Source of the DNA: Octopus sinensis
Lineage: Eukaryota
Assembly: GCF_006345805.1 (NCBI RefSeq)
Contig: NC_043014.1
Location: forward strand, 26,102,001 to 26,166,000
Direction of reading: 5' to 3'
DNA length: 64,000 nucleotides
The number at the start of each line of letters is the position of its first letter. Within the stretch, counting starts at the first letter, position 1. Positions 25,245 through 37,345 of this stretch are shown in pieces. The position numbers and the translations under genes are program-made. A model generated the notes under the pieces. That model was not told where the DNA came from, did no database searches, and saw nothing but the letters and a program-made list of their open reading frames with translations.

Positions 25245-26620
25245 GTTGTGTGGAAGTAGAACACCCCTATTTGGTTGACTCCTAATGGACTGTGCCACAA
25301 TATAAATGGACATGCGCAGAGAGTGTGGGGTGAGAGTCGGCGACCGTTTTGGTTTACGTGTGATTTATTGGAATTGCCGCTTCAGCCCAGGCTGGTGTTA
25401 ATTTTGAACGGTTGTTTGTAAAAGTTGTTACTTTGTTGAATTTTTTTCCGAATTTTTTATGTATGGCTTGTTAAACAAGCTTGTGTTTTTGTTGTTTCTC
25501 CTCCCGCGCGAGGGATGGAGGCAGAGATACTAGGTGCAGGCATAGAAAAAAAGTGTTAGCTGCGCAGCAGTAGCTGGAAAGATGAATGGAACGAGCGAAG
25601 CGAGGTTCGAATTACGAGAGGTAGTTGTACCTATTGATGAACTGCGAAAGTGTAAGATGTTTGCCGAAGGGGAGGGAGGCAAAGCAATGCTGACCCCTCC
25701 TAAAGATTTAGCAAAGGTGGAAGGGAAAACGCTTGTTTACAGGACACTCAGCGGGAAGGAGGGAAGAATAGAAATGGCGAAGGAGGAGGATATCGAAAGT
25801 TGTCTGGAGTGTATCGAAGACAAAATAACTTTTTACACGCGTGGAAAGAAGTTCGGTACTGTCGAGGTGAGATTCCTCTCCACAGAGGAAACAATAAAGA
25901 GCTGCACTGTGCCTATTGGAGATGAGGAATGGAGGCTCCTGCCAACTTGGGTAGAATAGCCAGAGTAAGGTTCGGCAGGATTCCTCTGGAAATGAAGGAA
26001 GAATGGATGGCGGCGTCAGTATTATCCACTACAAAAGAAGAGCCGAGCATTGTATCAACTACAAGAACGCAGAAACTAAACTGATGGTGATACACCCTAC
26101 AGTTATTAGTTCAGATAACTCTATCCGATATGAACTAGATTCCAGAGATAATTGAACTCCCGGATGCGAGAAAACTACACGTGACAGTGGAGGGAAGACC
26201 CCTCACTTGTTATGGATGTGGACGGAAGAGGCACATGAAAAAGAGGTGCCCCAAAGTACAATTGAACCGAGTAACGAGGAAGAAATACTGTCGGAGCTCG
26301 AAGATGTAGCAGAGACGGAAGAAAAAAGTGAAGTAGAACCAACAGAGAACGAGAGACCGCTCACCCAAGTCGTCAGAAAGAGAGGTAAGAGTGACTGTTC
26401 TCCGAAAACTTCCAAAAAGAAGAGGAAAAAGACTCCCAAAATAGCAGAGATAGAAAACCACACATCACAGTAAAGCAACACGGAGACTCCCAGTGTGCAG
26501 GAAAAGAAAGACGAGCAGACCACGGATTAGAAGGAAGAATATGTGCGATCGATAGAATGAAAAACGTAACAAAAGTAACGTTACGTGAATCCCAAGATAA
26601 ATGTATCTTAGGAGACGTAA
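25245..26620 (+). mobile_element. Tx1/L1-like 5' UTR plus degenerate ORF1 (gag-like), without ORF2
   Basis: ORF 25582-25959, then LPDARKLHVTVEGRPLTCYGCGRKRHMKKRCP (CX2CX4HX4C, ~26208-26249), homologous to the ORF1 knuckle region at 3074-3200. Confidence 0.7.
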
Positions 26621-26639
26621 AGAGGTAAAACATCAGAAT

Positions 26640-27420
26640 AAAATGCAACCTGTTTCGGAATCGCGTCTAAAATATCACATTTCCTTTCGAAGGTTATGCG
26701 TTTGAAAACTAAGAGTCAAAAAAGACAGTGAAGCTGTTTGAATTCCAAGATGCAACTGAAAATGTAGATCGTGTCACCGTCCCGTGGAAGACTTCATGCA
26801 TGTGATCAGCAGCTGCCCAAGAATGTCCTCAGGATATTACCTTCCAATGCGACACGACGTTGTTGCCAAGACTATAAAATGAATGCTGTCCAAAGATAAA
26901 AGATTGACCTGGGATAAAGAGAATACACATGTTATTAATGCATACATAAACATCAATACAAGGAATACTGGTGGGACATATATCAAAGCTTCTACCAAGT
27001 GCAAACATAATGGGACAGATATATTTGAGTGGGACATACATGAAAAGTTATGTACCGTTATGGAGATGAGATGTCCTACTGATGTGAATATCTTTTCGAA
27101 AATCAAAGAGGATAACTACGTTCAGCTATTTCGAAACCTTCAGATTCCATAACCAAATTATAAATTCACATTTATACCTATAGTAATTGGTGCGGGTAGT
27201 TTGTAAACTTAAGCGACAATCTGGAAAAGCTAGGAGGTTCAGAAAAGAAATAACGTATATGACAAATATAAACTACAGCCGGAACAGTAAAAATATACGA
27301 GACATTTCCCAATCCCAAAATGTAACATTGTATTATCTATATCCCAATGATGGGACTTTGTGTCTTTCTGAGCAATCAGCTCCTTTGTTACAGGAAGACT
27401 TCAAATAATTAAAACCAGAA
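26640..27420 (+). mobile_element. R4/Dong-type LINE, 3' fragment
   Basis: HVISSCPRMSS, MRHDVVAK and KCKHNGTDIFEWDIHEKLCTVMEMRCPTDVN; ends in atacatacat. Confidence 0.8.
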
Positions 27421-27445
27421 TATACATACATGCATGCGCGCATAT

Positions 27446-27529
<84 letters not shown>

Positions 27530-28734
27530 TATATATATATACACACATACACAGATTCACATATACACGTGTACATGCACGCGTACATGCAGGCATACAT
27601 ACGAGCCTATGTGTGTACGTACGTTCATAAAATGTAGGCTCAATACATGGAATTTTAAGGGATGGAATTTAATTGATTAAATCAGTCTTAGTACTTGACA
27701 AGTAATTTACTCTATCTAACCAGCATATGTGATATATGATATATATATATGTAAAACCGCAGCAGTCGAATACGACTTGGTTGCATGATGAATAGTAAAG
27801 TTGACAGCGGCAAGAAATTACTACTAGTCATTTTCAGACGGTCTAATGAGTTTACCAATTTGGCATCATTTATAGCGACATAAATAATGAGATGAAACGT
27901 AACAATAACAATAAAATTAAATGATTAAAATAAAAAAGAAAACGCACCTAAAATTGCACGGCAAACTAGAAGTTTTCGCTAAACACCAAACTTTTCTAAC
28001 CATTGAGTAAAATATAAGAAATTTTACATCGCATTGTAAATGTAGGTTAACCAATCCTCTAAATCTGAAAAGGGATTAGTTAGTAAGAATTTTCTAAACA
28101 GTATTAACAGTAATATCACAAAGGCCCAAACCTAAGTCTGTTCAATAACGCGGATGATGATGTTATTATTTTACTTTTACTTCCTACACCCAACTTTCCT
28201 TTCCCACATCTTTCCTTTTAGGACTTCCATTGACTATAAGAACTAAGATGAACTAATTTACAATTCCTCAAGACAAAATATTTATATTGATGGAAATAGA
28301 AGTTTGAAAAACATAGTCTTTCAAATTATTTCACATTTTCTGATATCATGCGGAGATAAACAGGATTTTGATGACTGAAACTACGAAATCAAGGATTAGT
28401 TAACTATTAATGTTTTCTAAATACATGTATGTATGTATGTATGCATGTAGGTTGGTCGGTCGATCAGTATGTAGGTAGGTAGATATATAATACATTTGTA
28501 TGTCTGCATGTATACTTGTGTGCATATACAGTTATCCCCTTTTTTTTTTACGGTGGAATTTTTTCTGCCAGCCACTGTGCAAATCAAAGCCATATAAACC
28601 GAGGAAGATATCTGTACTATAATGGGAATCAGCTTATTAATTAATTAGAAGTATGTAACTTACTACAAATAAAAAACAATTCTTAGAATCTCCATTCTCT
28701 ATAAAATTCTAAAAAATTCCAGTTTTAATATATA

Positions 28735-29130
28735 CTAGCAGTATCGCCCGGCGTTGCTCGGGTTTGTAAGGGAAATAACTATATAAGCATTTTTAGAGAC
28801 GTAAAGTATAATAGCCATCTCAATATAGCTAACCACAAAGGGGGGGTGTTACTGTAGTTTTTTACGTTCTGAGATTTAATAATAAATTTTTAGAGAGTTA
28901 CTTCCCTTATATATGCCAAAAATGCATTAAAAATGGGAAAAATTGATGGTAAATTTTTTAAAATATCGTAGACTCATCGTAGACGCGCGCTAATACCCAG
29001 AAGGGCTCGATATGAATCACGACTATAAGATACCCGGTTTTGGTTAAACTGCACCGCAAAATGTTGGAGTAGTTAGGAATCTAAATCGTAGGAGACAGAC
29101 AGCACACAACCTCACTTTTATATATAAAGA
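28735..29130 (-). mobile_element. Non-autonomous Helitron with intact termini
   Basis: Minus strand reads A|TCTTTATATATAAAAG...CCCGAGCAACGCCGGG (subterminal hairpin) CGATACTGCTAG|T, i.e. 5' TC, 3' CTAG, inserted between A and T. Confidence 0.85.
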
Positions 29131-29563
29131 TTTATTTTTATCAAGATGTTTTTATGCTTCTTTCCGACTAAGCGATTAATTTTGATTTTTTGCGTGTCTT
29201 ATGCTGCGTGATACCCGTTTCTAATGTCCTACTGGCTCCCCGCCCCTCTCTCTATCTCTATTTCTCTCTTCCTCTCTCCCTTTCATTATTTCTTTCCACC
29301 TCTTCTTTGCTTATATATTTCCGACAGATATTTCCTTTACCTCCATTGTTCGTGTTATCGTAGTTCGTATGATGAACAAGAAAAAATATCATTTCCTATC
29401 TCTGTATGTTTGTAGTTGTATGTTTATAAGGTTATTAATATATAAGTCGATGGAAAAGAAAGAAATTATGCAATCATATGCGTTAGAACTATGCGTAAGT
29501 TTTTCAAATTTTTCATTTACTTTCCAGTACACTCCCTAAAATTTTCATGATACCTTAAAAAAT

Positions 29564-30560
29564 ACAGGGTATCCCGAAATTAATTCAACCGAAGTTTCTT
29601 GCTTTAATAACTATCAATAAATGTGATAGGGTATGAAAATTAAACATCATTATAAAGTATAGTGTGCCTTCGTTTCACTTTAGACTAAATAAATTCAGAT
29701 TTATAAATTAGATAATAGCTATTGACCGAAATACAATCATAACCCTCCACAATGGAGACGAAAGTAAAATGCTTAAAATTAACCGAACAACAGTCTGGAA
29801 AATTGGCAATAAATTTCAAGAGACTCGTTCCATCGCTAATCGATCTGGACATGGCCGAAAATGAAGTGTGATGACACCTCTGCTTATCAAAAGTACCTGA
29901 GAAAGGGTACGGTGAAATCCTTGTCGTTCCGTCAGAAAACTGGCTGCTACGGTAAAAATATGCCAAACATCGATGTAGGATCTCAGGACTCACCCTTAAA
30001 AGATGATCCGTCGCCATGAGCTCATGCAAGTTTATAAGGCCATGAGATTGGAAGAAAGTCGTCTTATCCTGTATCAGATTGCTGAAAGCACACTGCCCAA
30101 CCTGGTATTCACTGATGAAAAGAAATTTGACATCGAACAGATAGTAAACCACAATAATGACTGACTTTGGAGTGTATCTGACTCTGTCAAGAGTAGACAT
30201 GTAAATCGACGTCAAAATCCTCTGTCAGTTATGGTTTGGGTGGCTGTGACTGCTACTGGAAGGTCTCCCGCCGTTTTGTGCCCTGGGACGTTGAAATTAA
30301 CACCAAGCGATACATTAGCGACATTCTGGAAGCTGAACTGCCTCCATAGGCAAATGAACACTTTCAAGGTACACTTTAGAGTCTCCAACAGGACTTGACA
30401 CCATTCCACAGCTCCAGACACAGCACTGGATTCAGAAAAACATTCAGTTGTTCATAGGCAAGGATATGTGGCACTCAAGAAGCGCTGATGTCAACCCGTT
30501 GAAATTTTCTCTTTGGTTCATTTTGAAGACTTGGGTCCCAAGCACTCCCCATGCTTCTCA
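29564..30560 (+). mobile_element. Degenerate IS630/Tc1/mariner transposon (maT/DD37D-like)
   Basis: Starts TA|CAGGGT. Motifs FTDEKKFDIEQ, VMVWVAVTATGRSP, QQD and RSADVNPLKFSLW. Confidence 0.7.
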
Positions 30561-30804
30561 TGACAAAAGAGGGTATAGAATTTAACTATTCGTTGTGGAT
30601 GTCAGCTTTATAGCGTAGTATAAGAGGTGTTCCTCAGCGCATCGGTCTTTTATTTAAGTAAATAAAAAGAAAAGGACGATTGTGAACAAGATGAGTGATA
30701 TATGCCAATACACTCTCTGCTATCAGATCACTTTTGTAACTTTTTATCGATTAAAATCTGTATGTGTGTGTGTGTGTGTGTACACGCGCACACACACACA
30801 TTTA

Positions 30805-30965
30805 TATACGACGAGCTTCTTTCAGTTTCCGTCTACCAAATCCACTCTTTGGTCGGCCCGGCGCTATAACAGCAGACAGTTGCCCAAGGTGCCACGCAGT
30901 GGGACTGAACACGGAACCTTGTGGTTAGCAAGTAAGCTACTTACGACATAGCCACTCCTGCACCT
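30805..30965 (-). mobile_element. SINE family A, 5' half
   Basis: gcccaaggtgccacgcagtgggactgaac...agccactcctgcacc. Confidence 0.8.
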
Positions 30966-30982
30966 AACTATATCTATATCTA

Positions 30983-31086
<104 letters not shown>

Positions 31087-31131
31087 CGCATGCTTATACA
31101 TACACACACATTCACCAACACATGCACACAC

Positions 31132-31174
<43 letters not shown>

Positions 31175-31184
31175 CGTTGTCCTA

Positions 31185-31345
31185 GAAATATCCTAGAAAT
31201 TTCACACTGCCTTGGCTTTGTTGTCTCATTTTATTTTAACATATACACGCTCACATGCCATGCGTGTTAGACTTCTAACTCATGCTATTATAGAACCGGG
31301 AGTCTAACACGGTTTGGGTCTTCTGGATACCAAAACCTCTCATAT
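31185..31345 (+). repeat. Dispersed repeat shared with 44283-44470 (Penelope-like pseudo-LTR part)
   Basis: Shared cttggctttgt.gtctcattttattt and ttgggtcttctggataccaa. Confidence 0.65.
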
Positions 31346-31546
31346 ATAAACATGCACATACGTACAAACAAACACTTGATTAAAAATCACAATTTTTATC
31401 TGAAAACGATGACAAATTTCTGACGAAGAGTAACGTGAAACTCAGCAACTGTTTATTAAGAATTTTTTTCAGCTTTAATAAAAACATATTTCTCTACTTT
31501 CGTTATTGCAGTTTTTCTTCCACTTTCTTTGCATTCATGTGTTTAC

Positions 31547-31579
<33 letters not shown>

Positions 31580-31586
31580 TGTGTGT

Positions 31587-31625
<39 letters not shown>

Positions 31626-32171
31626 TGTGCGTATGTGCGTGCGTGTGTGTACTTGTATTTATATGTATGTATATATATCGCAAGTTCATCTAATGAGTAC
31701 GTGAGACACAAAAGTTTGAAAAAACTTATCCTCATTATTGCACTCGTAACAAAACTATAATTAAACGAAAAAAAAAAACAAACTATTCAACTGTTCATTT
31801 ATATCATATGTGGTATTTCGAGTATTTCTATTCTAGATGAGGTTAATTTATAATAAGGTAGGCTAATTAACAACGAAATGCTCCGCTAATGGAAACATCC
31901 AGCTGAGCCAAATTTAATTACTTTTTCATGAACTAAAGACATTCTTCTGAAATTTTTAATTAGTTGAAATTAATTGACTTCACATATTTTGGACTACTTT
32001 AGTGTGTCATAAAAAAACATATGTTATACTGATCTTAGTTTGTCTTAATCTGTACACACACAGACAGACAGGTAGAAATACAGACATACACATATATATA
32101 CGCGCACACACACACACACGCGCGCACACACATGTGTACATGCATACATACATACATATATATATATATAT

Positions 32172-32203
<32 letters not shown>

Positions 32204-32214
32204 ATATATATATA

Positions 32215-32644
32215 AATAAATACACACACACACATACGCATATCCATGATAATGATGATGCACAACCTAAAAGTTAAGGTCCGCTAAGACTTGTAGAGCT
32301 ACTCATAGACCCTCTCAACCCTATTGACATGTTCCAGTGAAGCAAGATATCTAGTGCCAAAATGAGTCGCAGGCTCAAGAATCTGGGAGTTCCATAATCT
32401 GAAGGGCAAACGAATGATCCCCAAAATGGTAAATGCCATTCCTTGCATATCTGCTTTTATATCAATGACGTTCTAGAGACGTGCTTTAACAAACGTTAAG
32501 AGATGCCTCACTCATAGTGGACTTCCAACACGCAGGGCACAAACAGGGAATATCTAAGGGGCCGTGCATACAGTATACATATTTACATACATACATACAT
32601 ACACACATACACACACACATACATACATACACACATACACACAC

Positions 32645-32698
<54 letters not shown>

Positions 32699-33080
32699 AA
32701 TACACACACACACATACGCATATCCATGATAATGATGATGCACAACCTAAAAGTTAAGGTCCGCTAAGACTTGTAGAGCTACTCATAGACCCTCTCAACC
32801 CTATTGACATGTTCCAGTGAAGCAAGATATCTAGTGCCAAAATGAGTCGCAGGCTCAAGAATCTGGGAGTTCCATAATCTGAAGGGCAAACGAATGATCC
32901 CCAAAATGGTAAATGCCATTCCTTGCATATCTGCTTTTATATCAATGACGTTCTAGAGACGTGCTTTAACAAACGTTAAGAGATGCCTCACTCATAGTGG
33001 ACTTCCAACACGCAGGGCACAAACAGGGAATATCTAAGGGGCCGTGCATACAGTATACATATTTACATACATACATACAT
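32215..33080. repeat. 480-bp-period tandem duplication bounded by (TA)/(CA)/(TACA) microsatellites
   Basis: Sequence from 32221 and from 32701 appears identical across the ~370-bp unique part. Confidence 0.95.
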
Positions 33081-33498
33081 ACATACACACATACACACAT
33101 ACACACATACACACACACATACATACATACATACATACATACATGCATAGATACATACATACATACATGCATACATACATACATACATACATACATGCAT
33201 GCATACATACATCACATGGAAAAATGCGAGCAAGGGGAATAATATTCATAAGATTGTAAACATGGAAAAGTTCAGGACAAGTTATTACATCTGGTAAAGT
33301 ACAGAATAAGAAAATGTTAATGGTTTTACATTTGGTTAAGAATTCTGAAAAATGCTGCGTGCGAGTAAATTGCAGCTTTGAGAATATTATCCAACAGTAG
33401 TAGCAGCATGGCCTTTGTCTACCTTCTTGCTCTATTAGAGTATTTAAGTAAATTTATATTAATGTGTCTGACTGATTAAAAATTCTATTTATTTATTT

Positions 33499-33586
33499 AT
33501 GCAGCTGAGGATAGTCCTGCATTTAAATTGATGTAATGATTGTATTGTTCAATTAAATGAAGCCGCTTGAAATGGTCGTACTGCAT
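33499..33586 (+). ncRNA. Type-I hammerhead ribozyme candidate with extended stem II
   Basis: AUGCAG-CUGAGGA-[~58 nt containing CAUUUAA/UUAAAUG pairing]-GAAAU GGUC GUA-CUGCAU. Perfect 6-bp stem I. Confidence 0.65.
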
Positions 33587-33669
33587 CACCTCTGGATATC
33601 CTGTTGCTTATTTGTATTATATATATATATATATACATACATGCATAAATACATATATACATACATACA

Positions 33670-33985
33670 TGATGTGATGGCCGTCCACTCGTGACTGAGG
33701 AAGACCATTGCCGACCTTCAGGAACGTTGTGCGCTCTAGGACTAACTTATATTTTGCATTTGCGGCTCCGTTGGTGGCTAATGAGCCCTGCTCTTGACAA
33801 GCATACACGACTGCAAACATTGCAGACCAAGCTTTCCCCATTCTCTATACGAGCCGTGCGCTTTCGCGCAACACGCCTAAGTTCTTCATACTGGATACGT
33901 GCTCTCTCAAAAGTGTCGATCCCCTCCTTAACCTGCTTCCTCCATCTGTGGCGATGACAGGCATTGTTCTCCCAGTCAGTGTCCT
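33670..33985 (-). mobile_element. RTE LINE 3' end
   Basis: WENNACHRHRWRKQV..CNVCSRVCLSRAGLISHQR (C-terminal zinc finger) and a short 3' UTR; (TACA)n on both sides. Confidence 0.8.
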
Positions 33986-34073
33986 GCATACATACATGCA
34001 TACATACATACATACATACATACATACATACGTACATACATACATACATACATACATACATACATAGATACAT

Positions 34074-34147
<74 letters not shown>

Positions 34148-34194
34148 GTATGTATGTATGTATGTGTGTGTGTGTGTGTAGATATATATATACT

Positions 34195-34581
34195 TTTTTT
34201 ACGTGTTTCAGTCATTTGACTCAGGCCATGCTGTAGCATCGCCTTCAGTCGAGTAAATTGACCCCAGTATCTATTCGTCGTGAACCTAGTACTTATTCTA
34301 TCGGTCTCTTTTGCAGAACAGCTAAGTTACAGGGAAGTAAACACACCAGCATTGGTTGTCAATCGATGTTCGGTTGACAAACACAGGAACACAAACATAC
34401 ACGCACACACACACATGCATATATATATGTACGACAGGCTTCTTTCAGTTTCCATCTACCAAGTCCACTCACAAGGATTTGACTATAGTAGAAGACACTT
34501 CCCCATGGTGCAAGGGAGTGGGACTGAACCCGAAACCATGTAGTTAGCAAGCAAGCTAATTACCACACAGCCACTCTTGCG

Positions 34582-34584
<3 letters not shown>
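34195..34584 (-). mobile_element. SINE family A
   Basis: Reverse-complement similarity to 4577-4995. Confidence 0.85.
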
Positions 34585-34632
<48 letters not shown>

Positions 34633-34633
<1 letters not shown>

Positions 34634-35213
34634 TAATAAATCTCTGGGCGATGTATAAACAGTAGCTGCAACACATCGTGAAGTATATTTGCCACTTAAA
34701 TGTGGCTAACATCTAAGGCTGGATGCTACTGTAACTTGTAGCCCAAGGAGGACACCTCTTCCAGCGGGCTATTGACACACTTTCTATGCCCTATCAGTAT
34801 TTGCAAAGGGAAGCCATTCTTCCCGTCTTCAGCCTATGTTACAGACGGACTCGAGTTTCTGGATATTGACCCGTCATCAGCGTGTGACAATCACTAGTTG
34901 TCGATAAAAAGTAGGCATCCCTTTGCAAATATATATCCCTTTTCCAGTGACGAAAAGATATTTATCTCGGAAAAGTGTAAACACGCAATAATAAATCTCT
35001 GAGCGAGGTATAAACAGTAGCTGCAAAATAACGTGAAGTATATTTGCCATGTAAATGTGGCTAATCCCTAAGGGTGGGTGCTACTGTAGCTTGTAGCTCC
35101 GTGTGTATCATAGGTTGAAGACGGGAAGGATGGCTTCCCTTTGCAAATACTGATAGGGCACAGAAAGTGTGTCAATAGCCAGCTGGAGGAGGTTTCCTCC
35201 TGGGGCTACAAGA
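34633..35213 (-). mobile_element. Penelope-like pseudo-LTR array (direct plus inverted partial repeats)
   Basis: Direct repeat 34633-34743 / 34988-35099 and inverted repeat ~34734-34847 / 35100-35213; contains a hammerhead motif. Confidence 0.75.
34841..34888 (-). ncRNA. Minimal type-I hammerhead ribozyme candidate
   Basis: GUCACACG-CUGAUGA-C GGGU CAAU AUCC A-GAAAC UCGA GUC-CGUCUGU. Intact core, palindromic stem III ACUCGAGU, GUC triplet. Confidence 0.75.
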
Positions 35214-35214
35214 T

Positions 35215-35770
35215 ACCAACATTTCGCCCGGTTCTTTGGGGCGAGCGAGGCGCTGGACCGTGGGGAGTCCCTAAGGGACTTTCTCGTCGGCTGGCCGCGA
35301 CTCTCGGCGCGGGTGGCGAAATGTTGTGAAGGGCCGATTACAGCTGCGGAGGTCGAGGAGTTGCTGGCTGAATGTGCCGGGGACAAGTCACCGGGGCTGC
35401 ATGGTCTGCCCTATGAATTTTATGGTAGTATGCCGGACTTGTTCGGACACCTCGCTGGCCTGCGTTGACGCGTGTCGCGGAGAAACTTGTAGGGAAGGCG
35501 GAGACATGCGCCATCCCAGGCAGGTCAATCCAGGACAATCTTCATTTCTTACGCTACAGGATGGGTAAAGTATCCGGTAAAGGTGGGTCATTGGTCCATT
35601 GAAACCTAAATAAAGGTTTCGATAGGGTAGATCACTAGTACCAGGCGGCAGTCCTTGAGACGGCTGGGTTAGGCTCGGACTTGCGCGGTTGGATCAAGGC
35701 CATTTATGGCGGCATCAAATCCACAGTCCAAATAAACGGTTACCTGTCGAAGCCGTTTGAGATCCAGAGG
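35215..35770 (+). mobile_element. Tx1/L1-like RT fragment
   Basis: EGPITAAEVEELLAECAGDKSPGLHGLPYEFY, IQDNLHFLRY, KGFDRVDH. Confidence 0.85.
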
Positions 35771-35774
35771 ATGT

Positions 35775-36970
35775 AAGGGACACAACAAAAGCGTGGGCAA
35801 CTAAACGTATTACTGTCTCTATCTCTAACAATTATCCTATCTAAATAAGATCTGTGTGAACCGTCGTTATTAGTCCACGTCCATTGTGGAACGAGCGGCT
35901 CATCCACTCTATATAGGTCTACTTGGTTATAGCTTGCTAGTCGCCTTTTTAGGCAGGATTCCCCCCTTCTATTTGTCGAGCCAACACTATCTACCCGTGC
36001 GTCGAAAATAGTGTTAAAATCTCCTATTAAAACTAGAGTTTTAGACGTCACCGGAAAGCTCTCCAGGTCTCGAAAAAATCCGTTTGTCTATCCTCTTTCG
36101 GAGTGTAGACCGCTACCAACCTGAAGGACTGCTTACTTACGTGTGTCACATCTAGGACGACCAGCCTAACCCCGGGTCCAGAAAGACTGACCTTACCTGT
36201 ACGTCCAAGCTTTTTCTGAGCAACACCACCAGGACCCCGCTTCCCTGTCGACTAGGAGAAATAAATTTCTCATAGCCATTTAGAAAAGGCGAGAACGTCT
36301 GTGGCCCGTTCAACCTTGACTCAGTCGCAATACACATATCAATTTCTAGTGACCTGAGGTCGTCCAGGAAACAAGTTTGCTTCCATTTCGACCCCCAGGC
36401 CACGGACATTTATACAACCTAACTTAATTTCCATGGTAAAAATAAAACAAACTTACATTTTAAGTATGGCGGGGGGCTGCACACAATTTGCCAACCTCCC
36501 CTTCCTTTTCTTTCTGAGGTGTAGCCGCTGGGCTAACTACAAGTCTTTTGTTGGCCATCTCTTGGCTAACATCTTGTATGTCCTGCGGTATCTCTCTTTA
36601 AATTGTTTGAGTATTTCTGCTTCTATCGTTGCCAACCGTATATTCGGTGGCATGCCTTGTATCAGTTGAAAAATATAGATTTTTTTTTTATTCGCAGTTA
36701 ATACTCTTTGTAGAACACTACTTTTCTCATTGTACTTCACAATCCTTTCTCCTAGTGCATTTTTAGGGGTGGGGTTGGTGGCGGGTTTTGACTTTTGGAT
36801 TGGGTGTTTTTTTCTGTATGTTTGCGTTTTGTGTAGATGCCTTCTTTGTCAGGGGAGGGGAGTCTGGGGCATGGTTTTTTTCTTTTATGTGAAACCAGTG
36901 TGATAAACTCCGTTTCCTCTTCGGCTTCCTTCTGTTGTGTGTCTTCTACGTTTATTCACGAACATACTAA
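35775..36970 (-). mobile_element. Tx1/L1-like ORF1 end plus APE endonuclease fragment
   Basis: CIATESRL, LVLIGDFN and WTWTNNDGSHRSYLDRI; homologous to 1500-2232. Confidence 0.85.
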
Positions 36971-36979
36971 CACTAGCGC

Positions 36980-37345
36980 CCCTATTCTCTGGGAACACAC
37001 AAAAGCCCTTTTCAGAGTTATTTACTTTGAATTGTTATTATCTCATATCTGATTAGCCTGTAATTACGTAACATGCTTCACGATTTTTGTATACATACAT
37101 TATTAGTATTTCCTCCTATGTTCTATATACTCTGGGAACATATTAAAGCCTTTTTGGGAGCTACTTTATTTGAATTCTTATTATCGGGTAACTAATTTCA
37201 TGTTATTACATAACTGATTTCACAACTTGGGTATTCATAACTTATTGAGAATTCCTAAAAACAAGATCATGTGTAAGGCAGTTTGGTATTCTATGTAAGT
37301 GCACAAAAACCGTTTTAAGGGCTACATACTTTGTATTGTTTTTCT
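36980..37345. repeat. Old tandem repeat, about 3 diverged units of ~145-170 bp
   Basis: ctctgggaaca..aaagcc.tttt..gag.ta.tt..tttgaatt.ttattatc at ~36987 and ~37130, weaker at ~37300. Confidence 0.55.
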
